In this document: in pieces, positions 1 to 8,935 of the stretch
Position numbering within the stretch: position 1 is the first letter of the stretch
How the letters are laid out: every line of letters begins with the position of its first letter
Source of the DNA: a virus
Virus record (IMG/VR): IMGVR_UViG_3300030110_002054
Coordinates: 1-64,000 of that record
Reading direction: 5' to 3' (one strand)
Length of the DNA: 64,000 bases
The notes under the pieces: generated by a model
What the model was told of the DNA's origin: nothing
Database searches by the model: none
What the model saw: only the letters and a program-made list of their open reading frames with translations
Program-made: the position numbers and the translations under genes

Positions 1-2493
1 AGGTACTCATCATCAAGCAAAGCCCAAGATGCATCGAACACTTGTGGTATGACAATGATAGATGGTAAGTTGGCCGTGAACAATGGTGGTTCGCACCCAT
101 TGACCACTCTAACACTATACCATAATGGTGGGGATTTCAACGACGGTCTGACAATCATCAGAAACACTACAACTGTCGCTTCCGGTGATTTACTCGGTGC
201 GATTGGTTTTGATGGTAAGGATGGTAATGCGCCTTCAAGAGCAACAGAGGCATCAGCAGGTATCGCTGCTTATGCTTCTCAAGACCATTCGGTTGATGAC
301 AAGGGAGGGCATCTGACATTCTTCACTGCACCTAATGACCAAGCCGATGACACTGCTTCCCTTGAGAGAATGCGTATCAATTCGGAGGGCAATGTCGGAA
401 TAGGCACTACGAGTCCTGACCAATTGCTTCATGTCGTAGGCTCTTCCAATGACGATACCGTTGCGCTATTCTCAACCACAGGGGGAACGAGTGGTAGCAC
501 ACAGGGAAGCGTTCACATCGGTCTGAGCCATTTCAGTAGCGATGCCAACCCCTCGGTGAGAATAGGGGCGGAGGAAAACGGAACAGGTAGTTATCAAGCC
601 GCCATGACCTTCGGAACTAGGAGTGCGACTTCCGATGCCGCACCTGCTGAGAGGATGAGGATAACCCATGATGGTAAAGTCGGAATAGGCACTACAAGTC
701 CTTCTTACACTTTGCACGTAGTGGATGAAGATGCACGAATCATGGCAGAGGATGGCTCATCAGGGATACAGGGTGGTCTCAAGGTAGGTAACAATGCAGG
801 TAATGTAGGGACATTCACCAACTCCAACTTCAACATAGTATCGAATGACACTGTAAGGATAGGTGTAGCAAGTGGCGGTGCGATTACATTCAATGGAGAA
901 TACACATTCCCCACATCAGACGGTGATGCTAACCAAGTGTTACAGACAGATGGCAGTGGTACACTCTCCTTTGCTTCGGTGAGTGGTGGTGGTTCTGGAG
1001 ACATTACTGGCGTAACTGCCGGAACGGGGCTATCGGGTGGTGGTTCAAGCGGTGGCGTGACTCTTGATTTGGATGTTGATGGCCTTACAGATATAGGTGC
1101 AAGTATCCAAGATGCAGATTTACTCATTATAGATGACGGAGCAGGTGGTACTACTCGTAAGACCACGATGGGTAGAGTAAAGACATGGATAGGCGACAAT
1201 GTATCGGAGATAAGAATCAGGGATGCAAGGAACGAGGGAGCAACAACAAGTTCCGAAATGACACCGACAGAGTTTGCAGACAAATCTGCAACCTTCACAT
1301 TCTCAGACGATGTTACAAACGCTACTAATGCTTGGGATTCTATTCTCACAATGAAGGGATGGTCTGACAATTACAGGGCATGGCAGTTATTCTCTGCCGC
1401 AGACGCAGGTAGTACTAGCGTTGATACTGAGCCTCTTTACTTTAGGACAGGGGAGGCCGATGAAAATAGCGGCAATTGGGGAGCAAGGAGAGAGGTTCTC
1501 ACATTCCCCGGAACTACGCCAAACGCAGATGGTAGTGCAAATCAAGTGCTTGTCACAAACGGTAGTGGAACATTGTCTTGGACTGACATACCCGTAGGCG
1601 ATATTACAGGAGTCACCGCAGGAACTGGATTAACAGGTGGCGGAAGCAGTGGAGCAGTAACAGTCAATGTTATTGGTGGAACTGGTATAACTGCAAATGC
1701 AAATGATGTAGCGGTAACTGCTGCACAAACAGGTATTACTTCTGTATTGAATGCGTCATTAAAAGTTGGTAGAGATGCAGATAATGAGATTCAATTTGAT
1801 ACTGATAACGAAGTAAGATTTAGAGTAGCAGGTGCTAATCAAATTAAAATCATAAACAATGCAGTAAATCCAGTTAGTGATAATGATATAGACTTAGGAA
1901 CTTCATCTCTCAAATATAAAAACGCATACTTTGGATTAGTAGATGCTGAAAATATTAAAGTAAATGGCGGTCAAGGTTCTGATGGTCAAGTTCTAACTTC
2001 AACAGGAAGTGGTGTTGCTTGGGAAAATGCAAGTGGTGGTGGTTCTTCCACAGATTCGTTTATGATTTTCGGTGAGGAGTCAGATGACTATCTTGGCCCT
2101 GCTACAGCAGGTAACTCAAATGGATTCTCATTCTCATATGGTAACGGGGCACAGAACACTACCAAGTCATCAAGCGGTGTGGATTTCGGTATGCCTCTAG
2201 GATGCGATTGTACCCTTAAGGCACTATACATTCACTTTGGTAACAAAAACTCTAGGACAAATAGCACCAATATGAGTATAGATATATTCAAGAATCAATC
2301 GGGACTAAATGACCCGATGACAGGTAACGCTAGTGGTAGTGGTGGTAATGCATTCATCATGTCTAAGACTAACTACGATATTGATTTTGATGAGGGAGAC
2401 ACTTTCAACATAAGAGTAGAGTCACCGACCAGTTATTCTAACGCTACGCAAATTGGACCTGCTAGGTTTACAGCGTATTTTGAGAGGAGATGA
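1..2493 (+). CDS. Tail fibre / adhesin-like virion protein (5'-truncated; frame open from base 1)
   Basis: Gly/Ser/Thr-rich. Repeats GNVGIGTTSP/GKVGIGTTSP, DGxANQVL.T.GSGTLS[FW] (third variant GSDGQVLTSTGSG) and GDITGVTAGTGL.GGGSSG (x2), typical of phage fibres. Followed by a fibre-chaperone-like gene. Confidence 0.75.
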   Translation, partial: RYSSSSKAQDASNTCGMTMIDGKLAVNNGGSHPLTTLTLYHNGGDFNDGLTIIRNTTTVASGDLLGAIGFDGKDGNAPSRATEASAGIAAYASQDHSVDDKGGHLTFFTAPNDQADDTASLERMRINSEGNVGIGTTSPDQLLHVVGSSNDDTVALFSTTGGTSGSTQGSVHIGLSHFSSDANPSVRIGAEENGTGSYQAAMTFGTRSATSDAAPAERMRITHDGKVGIGTTSPSYTLHVVDEDARIMAEDGSSGIQGGLKVGNNAGNVGTFTNSNFNIVSNDTVRIGVASGGAITFNGEYTFPTSDGDANQVLQTDGSGTLSFASVSGGGSGDITGVTAGTGLSGGGSSGGVTLDLDVDGLTDIGASIQDADLLIIDDGAGGTTRKTTMGRVKTWIGDNVSEIRIRDARNEGATTSSEMTPTEFADKSATFTFSDDVTNATNAWDSILTMKGWSDNYRAWQLFSAADAGSTSVDTEPLYFRTGEADENSGNWGARREVLTFPGTTPNADGSANQVLVTNGSGTLSWTDIPVGDITGVTAGTGLTGGGSSGAVTVNVIGGTGITANANDVAVTAAQTGITSVLNASLKVGRDADNEIQFDTDNEVRFRVAGANQIKIINNAVNPVSDNDIDLGTSSLKYKNAYFGLVDAENIKVNGGQGSDGQVLTSTGSGVAWENASGGGSSTDSFMIFGEESDDYLGPATAGNSNGFSFSYGNGAQNTTKSSSGVDFGMPLGCDCTLKALYIHFGNKNSRTNSTNMSIDIFKNQSGLNDPMTGNASGSGGNAFIMSKTNYDIDFDEGDTFNIRVESPTSYSNATQIGPARFTAYFERR

Positions 2494-2831
2494 TAATTAT
2501 GGGAGAGAATGTATGGAGCGCAGTAGATGGAACGACATGTAGAGCAAGCGATGTAATTATGAGTGTGGAACACTCTTATGATAAGTTAAGGGCTTCTAGG
2601 GATTCGGTAATGGAGAGGTATGTGGATTACTATCAATCTAAACCCTTACTCTATAATGCACTCACAGACTCACAGAAAACAGAGTTAGGAGAATACAGAC
2701 AGGCTTTGTTAGACTTACCTGCTACTGTACTAGCAGCAGAGGGAAATGTCGTTATAACAGACTTGCCGGACTTCTTCCCTGCACAACCTAGTTTTATGAG
2801 TAGCCATCCTAATGGTATAATTCACACTTAG
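2490..2831 (+). CDS. Tail fibre assembly chaperone-like protein
   Basis: LRASRD...YRQALLDLP resembles the R..RD...YRQALRDLP signature of phage tail assembly chaperones. Directly downstream of the fibre gene. Confidence 0.6.
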   Translation: MIIMGENVWSAVDGTTCRASDVIMSVEHSYDKLRASRDSVMERYVDYYQSKPLLYNALTDSQKTELGEYRQALLDLPATVLAAEGNVVITDLPDFFPAQPSFMSSHPNGIIHT

Positions 2832-3679
2832 ATTAAGACTCCTAGTCTTGCCATTATCTTCTCTAGTTTAGTCTGACTGTATGAGTGTGCTAGGTTGTAT
2901 GCATATTCACTTGTGGATATCAATCTACCCACATGTATGTTCTCTTCTATTGGTATGTTATTGGATAATGCCCACGACACCAATGACTCTGTTCTCAAAT
3001 TACCTTGTGCTTCATCCAAGGAGAAACAACCACCAAGTCCACCTACAGAGCAGTCGAACTGTCTGATACCTGAGTCATAGGCTGCTTTGATGTATTCTGT
3101 ACTATCCTCATCAACGTGTAGATGTATGCTGAGATTGGGTGTGATTGCTTTTGCTCCACTACATAATGACGCTATACTCTCAGCAGTAGCATTACTATCT
3201 GTATCACATAGAACAATGTACTTTGCTATGTCTTTACCCCACTTCACGCAGTCTAGAACGGCTTTTTGAGATATACCTGTACTAAATGCACAACTAATGT
3301 ATAACCTATTTATCGGTATATCCTTGCATTTATTTTGATATATACTCATTATATTCTCATATGTATTTTTCTGATTTAATTGGCTGAAATTGTCATGAGG
3401 GCTTATCACCACGTTCACTCTTTTCGCACCTAGTTCTATCGCTCTATCGAACCCTTTTTCATTTACCACCAGCAAGTCTCCTCCGGTTTTCTTGTACAGT
3501 TTACCACTTTCTCTCATTGGTAGTATAGAGGGGTGTACTAGACTGCCTACCTCTATACCCTCTATACCTGCTTTCTTTAGTTTCTTGATTAGTTTTACTT
3601 TTTTCCTCAGAGGGATGGCTCTTGGTAAACCCTGCAAACCATCTCTAGGACTCACTTCATACAGAGATATGGCACTCAT
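2828..3679 (-). CDS. Hydroxymethylglutaryl-CoA lyase-like DRE-TIM metallolyase (auxiliary metabolic gene)
   Basis: Motifs EVSPRDGLQ, IEVGS, HLH (metal), FDCSVGGLGGC and GNLRTE, in the order found in HMG-CoA lyase. Confidence 0.8.
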   Translation of the reverse strand: MSAISLYEVSPRDGLQGLPRAIPLRKKVKLIKKLKKAGIEGIEVGSLVHPSILPMRESGKLYKKTGGDLLVVNEKGFDRAIELGAKRVNVVISPHDNFSQLNQKNTYENIMSIYQNKCKDIPINRLYISCAFSTGISQKAVLDCVKWGKDIAKYIVLCDTDSNATAESIASLCSGAKAITPNLSIHLHVDEDSTEYIKAAYDSGIRQFDCSVGGLGGCFSLDEAQGNLRTESLVSWALSNNIPIEENIHVGRLISTSEYAYNLAHSYSQTKLEKIMARLGVLI

Positions 3680-3813
3680 TCACTATCCCTACTAGACCAT
3701 ACAAAATATATCAGCAACCCTGTTGTGGCCAGTAGAAGCAAGGGAAAGACTAACGGTATTTCCACTTGGATGTCATTGGACACAGCGTCTATCAGACGTT
3801 GGTCAACAATCAT
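3676..3813 (-). CDS. Small predicted membrane protein (45 aa, not in ORF track)
   Basis: MIVDQRL...PLVFPLLLLATTGLLIYFVW. Stop overlaps the ATG of the lyase gene (ATGA). Confidence 0.5.
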   Translation of the reverse strand: MIVDQRLIDAVSNDIQVEIPLVFPLLLLATTGLLIYFVWSSRDSE

Positions 3814-3951
3814 ATCTCATCATCCCAGTCTTCAAAAATCTCATTCAAACATCGTATAAACATCGCAGTTTTTGTATATCCTCTCATATCAACTCACACC
3901 TCCACCAATCAAATCTTCTACACGTCTTTATTTTCTTCAAAGGTAAATCCA

Positions 3952-4242
3952 TCAGTATCCCATATCCATCTTACTAGGCTTCTTCATCTCACGAATCTGC
4001 TGTGTAGCGAAGCGTATCTTCTGGGTGCTGTGTAGAGTCCAAAAGGAGTCTTTGGGTACTTTGAACTCCTCTTCGACTATACGACATAATTCGTACCTTG
4101 AACTGGTCCTCAAGTCTTCATCAATGTCCAAACCTAGGACTTGACTGACTTCTTCATCAGTGTATTTCACACGCTTATCTAACCACACGTAGAGGTTACC
4201 CATTATACTCATGAGTTTACGAGCAAACCATCTCCACAACAT
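3952..4242 (-). CDS. Hypothetical protein (probable start MLWRWF at 4242)
   Basis: ORF track entry, co-oriented with neighbours. Start trimmed because the upstream part overlaps the Zn-ribbon ORF. Confidence 0.55.
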   Translation of the reverse strand: MLWRWFARKLMSIMGNLYVWLDKRVKYTDEEVSQVLGLDIDEDLRTSSRYELCRIVEEEFKVPKDSFWTLHSTQKIRFATQQIREMKKPSKMDMGY

Positions 4243-4271
4243 AGTAGTGTAGATTCTACACCGAAGGTAAT

Positions 4272-4448
4272 TTATTGTTTCGCCTTCTTGTATACTGAAT
4301 CCTGCCAGAAGTGACCACATTGCTTACATTGCCAGAGGTTAACTCTCCTCTTTTCGCCATCTTGATAACGAGCATTGAGTCTTCTTGGTATGTGCTTGTG
4401 ACCACAAACACGGCAAGTGACGTTTAGTTTGTCTAGTAGTCTTCCCAT
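4272..4448 (-). CDS. TFS/TFIIS-like zinc-ribbon microprotein (58 aa, not in ORF track)
   Basis: MGRLLDKLNVTCRVCGHKH...RYQDGEKRRVNLWQCKQCGHFWQD. CxxC...CxxCGHxW spacing as in TFIIS C-terminal ribbons. Coupled to the thermosome stop (TAATG). Confidence 0.6.
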   Translation of the reverse strand: MGRLLDKLNVTCRVCGHKHIPRRLNARYQDGEKRRVNLWQCKQCGHFWQDSVYKKAKQ

Positions 4449-5953
4449 TATTCCACAGGTCTCCTACCAACGATATCGTCTATCCTTAGTAGGGCAGTGG
4501 TGACTTCTGTCGCACTAAGCACAGCCTGCTTGATTAGTTTGGTAGGCTCGAATATACCAGCGTCTCTCATGTTGGTGATACCACCGTCAGTGACATCAGG
4601 CCCATGATACAGGTTGCCGTTCTGTATCTCGTGTCTCATCGCCAGCACTACATCCAGTGGGTCATGTCCTGCGTTCTCCGCTATGGTAGCAGGGATAACC
4701 TCTAGAGCGTCAGCAAAGGCCTCTATAGCCATCTGAGGCCTTCCACCCACACTAGCGCCATGATTCCTCAGATAAGAGGCCATAGCCACGAATGATGAGC
4801 CACCACCAGCAACCACCTTACCGTCTTCCTTGACGAGGCTGACCACACCCAGTGCGTCATCGAAGCCTCTCTCCACCTCATCCAGAGTGGATTGGGTAGC
4901 CCCTCTTAGAACTAGAGTGGATTGGTCACTGTCAACAATAGACTCCACGAATATGTACTGAACGTCATTGTGCTTCTGTCTCGATATCTTAACGAAGGCT
5001 GAGGCTTCTAGTTCCTCTGGAGTCTGTGCTACGCTGATGCCCAAGCATCCCCTCAGTGCCTTCATCACACTCTCAGACACTCTTCTCACCACACCTATGC
5101 CGTTCTTTCTCAGATAAGCACACACGTGGTCATGTACACCATCCCTGACAAATACTACACCCTTGCCTTCCATTCTCATCACGATGTGCTGTGCACGCTC
5201 AAGCAGGTTATCTCTACCTGACTTCTGGAACTGCGAGTAGTCTGCTGCATTCAGTTGAACCTGTACATTCTCCTTGCTCTTCTCCTCCTCAAGCCCTGTG
5301 TTGAGCAGAAGGATGTTGGTCTCTTCATCCAAGTCATAGTCTAGCACGAAGTCCTTACTCACAATCACTCCGTTGAACAAGTAGGATTCCTCGATACTAC
5401 CACCGGGTAGGCTGACAACTCTAACCTTGTCCACATCACCAGCAGCCATGACTGCATCCACACAGAGGGTGCTTACAATATCAGTAGCAGCCTCTACGGT
5501 CTTACCAGTGATTGCGGTCTTGGCTATGTCGTGTAGAACCTCATTACCTGTGTTCATTGACACTTCACTGTTCAGATAGTCTATTGCCATCTGAGATGCT
5601 TCACGATATCCTCTGCATATCACATTGGGGTGTAGACCCTTCTCAAACAACATCTCGCTGTTCGACAGTAGTTGACCTGCTAGCACCACAGTACTGGTAG
5701 TACCGTCGTAGCAGATGGTCTCCTGTGTCTTTGATATCTCTATCATCATCTTACCACCGGGATGTGCTACGTCTAACTCACGTAGGATAGTAGCACCATC
5801 GTTGGTGACTATCACGTTTCCAGCACCATCTACCATCATCTTGTCCATACCCATTGGTCCTAGTGTAGTGCGTACAGTCTCTACGATTGCCTTAGCAGCC
5901 CGTATATTCATCACTTGTGCATTGTTTGTCTTGTCATTATCGGTCATGTCCAA
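4448..5953 (-). CDS. Thermosome (group II chaperonin) subunit
   Basis: TTLGPMGMDKM, VTNDGATIL, DGTTS, LRGAT...EVERGFDDALGVV, AGGG, LLRIDD. Confidence 0.95.
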   Translation of the reverse strand: MDMTDNDKTNNAQVMNIRAAKAIVETVRTTLGPMGMDKMMVDGAGNVIVTNDGATILRELDVAHPGGKMMIEISKTQETICYDGTTSTVVLAGQLLSNSEMLFEKGLHPNVICRGYREASQMAIDYLNSEVSMNTGNEVLHDIAKTAITGKTVEAATDIVSTLCVDAVMAAGDVDKVRVVSLPGGSIEESYLFNGVIVSKDFVLDYDLDEETNILLLNTGLEEEKSKENVQVQLNAADYSQFQKSGRDNLLERAQHIVMRMEGKGVVFVRDGVHDHVCAYLRKNGIGVVRRVSESVMKALRGCLGISVAQTPEELEASAFVKISRQKHNDVQYIFVESIVDSDQSTLVLRGATQSTLDEVERGFDDALGVVSLVKEDGKVVAGGGSSFVAMASYLRNHGASVGGRPQMAIEAFADALEVIPATIAENAGHDPLDVVLAMRHEIQNGNLYHGPDVTDGGITNMRDAGIFEPTKLIKQAVLSATEVTTALLRIDDIVGRRPVE

Positions 5954-6561
5954 TTCACCTCTATCTCTATCTCTTTTCCTGTATCCAAGGAAAGTGATTT
6001 TACTATACCATACTCAGCACCGTACTTGTACAACTCGTATGTGAGTTGTGCATCTTTCAAGCAGTACTCTGCTACCTCATTGTAATTACCCAAAGCCCAC
6101 TGCTTTGGTGCATCTATACTCTGCATTATCTTACCTTCTTTCAAAGTACATTTAGTAAGTATATCTAATGATGTACCTATATTATCTGATAGTATTTTAG
6201 ATGCTTTTGAAACTAGATTTTTAGTGTCTATAATTGTGTCAGCACTCTTAGACATAATATCACCAGCAGCCCAGCAGTCTAACGATTCTTTGATTACAGG
6301 TAAATCGAAACCAATGATGTTATGTCCTAAAATCTTACCACCTTTTTCTACATGTTCTGAAATATGATTACCTATATCTGTTGCATGTAATGGTAATACT
6401 TTTACACCATCTAACTGTATATCTTCATTACAAAATAAAGTAGCATTAGTACCATCCCAAGTAGCAATCACACTCATCTTGAATAGATTCTTATTATCCC
6501 ATCCACCTATATCCCATGAGTAATTTATAGTCTCAATATCTAATGATAGAATGTCACTCAT
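5944..6561 (-). CDS. DEDD(y) 3'-5' exonuclease (RNase H-like, PolB exonuclease type)
   Basis: LSLDIET, GHNIIGFD and EYCLKD motifs. Confidence 0.8.
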   Translation of the reverse strand: MSDILSLDIETINYSWDIGGWDNKNLFKMSVIATWDGTNATLFCNEDIQLDGVKVLPLHATDIGNHISEHVEKGGKILGHNIIGFDLPVIKESLDCWAAGDIMSKSADTIIDTKNLVSKASKILSDNIGTSLDILTKCTLKEGKIMQSIDAPKQWALGNYNEVAEYCLKDAQLTYELYKYGAEYGIVKSLSLDTGKEIEIEVNWT

Positions 6562-7954
6562 CGTTAGCACCCTCCTTCATTCGGAGATACACTACCTTGT
6601 TCTCCTTTACGGTGTCAAACATGTCTTTAGCGTACTTACCAAAGTGATTCCACCCAGTGCCTCTAGTGACTGAATTGAGTTTCATGTACGTCTGTATCAC
6701 GTTGTTCTTCCTGTGCCAACCTGCTCCTCTGGAGTCATCGAAGTCTACGGCATCTGTGTTCTGATACGCTATTGCGAATCTCTTCTTATACTCAGACACC
6801 TCTGTCTTCTTGTATCCAACCTCAACCTCGTCCTCTAACCATAGAATCAGATTCTTGGTCAGGTCGTATAGAATGTCCTTAGCCATGTCAACGTGCTCTC
6901 CTGTCACTTCCCACGACTCGTCTAACATGGCCATGTGTGTTGCGAAGATGACTGTGTAGTTCTCAACAGCAGGCATGAATGAAGCCACCACATCACCGAT
7001 ACCCGGCCCTAGACCGTCTAGTAGAGAGTAGTAGTCTTCTATGGAGTCATACGCAGCAGCGTAGAAGTCATCTCCTGCTGTGAACATCTGATGCATATGA
7101 GACTGTAGTAGTTCCTCTTGGTCATACCTGTTCATAGTGTCCCAGTCAGAGAAGGATGTCTCACTGATGTTGAGCAGTCTGTCTCTCACCCTCTTAGTCA
7201 GCCCTTTGAAGTAATTCACTATGTCATCGTGCTCGACAGACAACTTGGGTATTTTCTTGAAAGCCATCTCCATCCTCTTCATGCTCACACCCATCCTCTT
7301 GTCTGTGTCCCAGTCTGCCCAGTACAGCAGAACCCTCTGGAAGATACCCTTAGTCAGAACGTACTCCTTGACACCCTTCGGTGGGAAAGTGGTAATCCAC
7401 ATTGACACCAATGACTCGGTTTCTATTCTACCGGCCTTAGTGTGTTTCACGAGTATGTTGTTGTTGCTACCTACAGGGTTGCAAGCAGACTGTAGATACA
7501 ACACAGTCTCCTGACTGTGCTTGTTGGGGTTAAGTATGATTGAACCCTCATCGAAGTTGAGAGCCTTACGCCCATCTAACAGTCCTTCTTTGAGATGCTT
7601 GACTGTTTCACCATCAACAGTCTCTTCTTCCCATCCACCTATCAGAGCAGCGTCAGTCCCTGTAGTGTACATCTCAGTGGGTATCTCGGCCTCTCTACAG
7701 ATGTCACCTATGAACTCCCAAGACACAGACTTACCAGACCTGCTAGGTTGAATCCAAAACACGTGCACACGTGGGTCTAGATGTGATGAACCCCAAGGTA
7801 TCCTCACAAAAGGAACAGCAACCTGTCCCTGTAGGAAGAAGAAGGAAAGCATTCCCGGTATGTCGTTTTCCATTGATGTCTGTCTAAAGTGCTCCAAGTA
7901 CCCCTTGAACAAAGGAAACTTCTGCACTGCTTGGTACTCTGAGTAGTGACGCAT
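6554..7954 (-). CDS. MCM-like AAA+ ATPase, candidate replicative helicase
   Basis: Walker A PSRSGKS, YTTG..AALIG and Walker B ALNFDE. Located in the replication cluster. Confidence 0.55.
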   Translation of the reverse strand: MRHYSEYQAVQKFPLFKGYLEHFRQTSMENDIPGMLSFFFLQGQVAVPFVRIPWGSSHLDPRVHVFWIQPSRSGKSVSWEFIGDICREAEIPTEMYTTGTDAALIGGWEEETVDGETVKHLKEGLLDGRKALNFDEGSIILNPNKHSQETVLYLQSACNPVGSNNNILVKHTKAGRIETESLVSMWITTFPPKGVKEYVLTKGIFQRVLLYWADWDTDKRMGVSMKRMEMAFKKIPKLSVEHDDIVNYFKGLTKRVRDRLLNISETSFSDWDTMNRYDQEELLQSHMHQMFTAGDDFYAAAYDSIEDYYSLLDGLGPGIGDVVASFMPAVENYTVIFATHMAMLDESWEVTGEHVDMAKDILYDLTKNLILWLEDEVEVGYKKTEVSEYKKRFAIAYQNTDAVDFDDSRGAGWHRKNNVIQTYMKLNSVTRGTGWNHFGKYAKDMFDTVKENKVVYLRMKEGANDE

Positions 7955-8015
7955 GAGTGACCCCAAACGGGGTCAGTACTTAATACATACTATGTATATA
8001 CAAGACAGTCGTACA

Positions 8016-8720
8016 TTATACACTTCTTTTTACCTTTCTCTCTACTACCATCTTCTCTTCAGATGTGAGTGCCTGCACTATTCTACCACGCAGTACATCA
8101 CCTAGACCCTTTATCTTCTTCAGAGATTCAGGGAAGCACATCTCCTCTATGCTTCCACACTCTTCTAGAATCCTATCAGCCATGTCTTTGCCTATACCGG
8201 GTATTGCCAGTAGCATGTCGGCTCTGATATCGTTTGATGCCACTCTTCGTATTGTCCTAGCACCGTGGCTAGACGCTGGTTTGTGCAACTTGTTGTGGAG
8301 TTTGGTAATGAACAAAGCAGCCTCACTGACGTTTGGTGTGTAGAATACTTGACACTCAAAGTCACTCATGATGCGTGCTATAGTACCAGTCAACTCATTC
8401 TGTATCCTAGTGTATGTCACCTTCTTGCCTGTCTTCTTAGCCATAGCAACATACTTGTCTATACCACCGTGTATGACTAAGAAGAAGCGTTGGTAGTTGA
8501 TGTCCATGTTCTCCAGTTGCCTCCATAGATGACCACTGTGACTGGATAGAAATAGGTCGTTGATGCTCTTGGCCTCAACACAAGCCTCACCTAGAAGATA
8601 GTCCCCCACCACTAGCGGTTTTCTTATCACAGACAAACCTGCTTTCTCCGCCTTACGTATTACTGAATCACACAGTACACCCCGTTCATTGCTGTCAACA
8701 ATCATAGCAGGTCTTCTCAT
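8016..8720 (-). CDS. ERCC4/XPF-family structure-specific nuclease with HhH domain
   Basis: IVDSNE, GDY and VEAKS catalytic motifs. C-terminal IPGIG/IKGLG helix-hairpin-helix pair. Confidence 0.9.
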   Translation of the reverse strand: MRRPAMIVDSNERGVLCDSVIRKAEKAGLSVIRKPLVVGDYLLGEACVEAKSINDLFLSSHSGHLWRQLENMDINYQRFFLVIHGGIDKYVAMAKKTGKKVTYTRIQNELTGTIARIMSDFECQVFYTPNVSEAALFITKLHNKLHKPASSHGARTIRRVASNDIRADMLLAIPGIGKDMADRILEECGSIEEMCFPESLKKIKGLGDVLRGRIVQALTSEEKMVVERKVKRSV

Positions 8721-8935
8721 TCTCTTTCCCTCCTAGCATGTATCTTACATAGTTTCTTAGATGCACCTGTTATTCTGAAACAACACTGAGTACCTGCATT
8801 TGTGATAGCCTGACATCTGTGTTCTGGTGGCGGGTGTGTGAAACATCGTTGACATAAATTGGTAAAGGCCTTCCTGTTACCATTCCTACTAGGTAGTTTC
8901 TTTCCACATTCTTTACACATTCTTCTGGCATTCAT
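8717..8935 (-). CDS. Small Cys-rich zinc-finger protein
   Basis: CKECG...CQRC and C..T..G..C...C..H patterns. Coupled to neighbours. Confidence 0.6.
   Translation of the reverse strand: MNARRMCKECGKKLPSRNGNRKAFTNLCQRCFTHPPPEHRCQAITNAGTQCCFRITGASKKLCKIHARRERE

Noticed and set aside
1-2493. Diversity-generating retroelement targeting the tail fibre
   Set aside because: No reverse transcriptase and no TR/VR pair seen in the window.
4448-5953. Viral thermosome as a novelty
   Set aside because: Chaperonins are already reported from viruses of marine Euryarchaeota, so it is listed only as a feature.
7975-8015. ATACATA-C-TATGTAT palindrome upstream of the MCM-like gene
   Set aside because: A single short AT-rich palindrome with no second copy seen. 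It could arise by chance.
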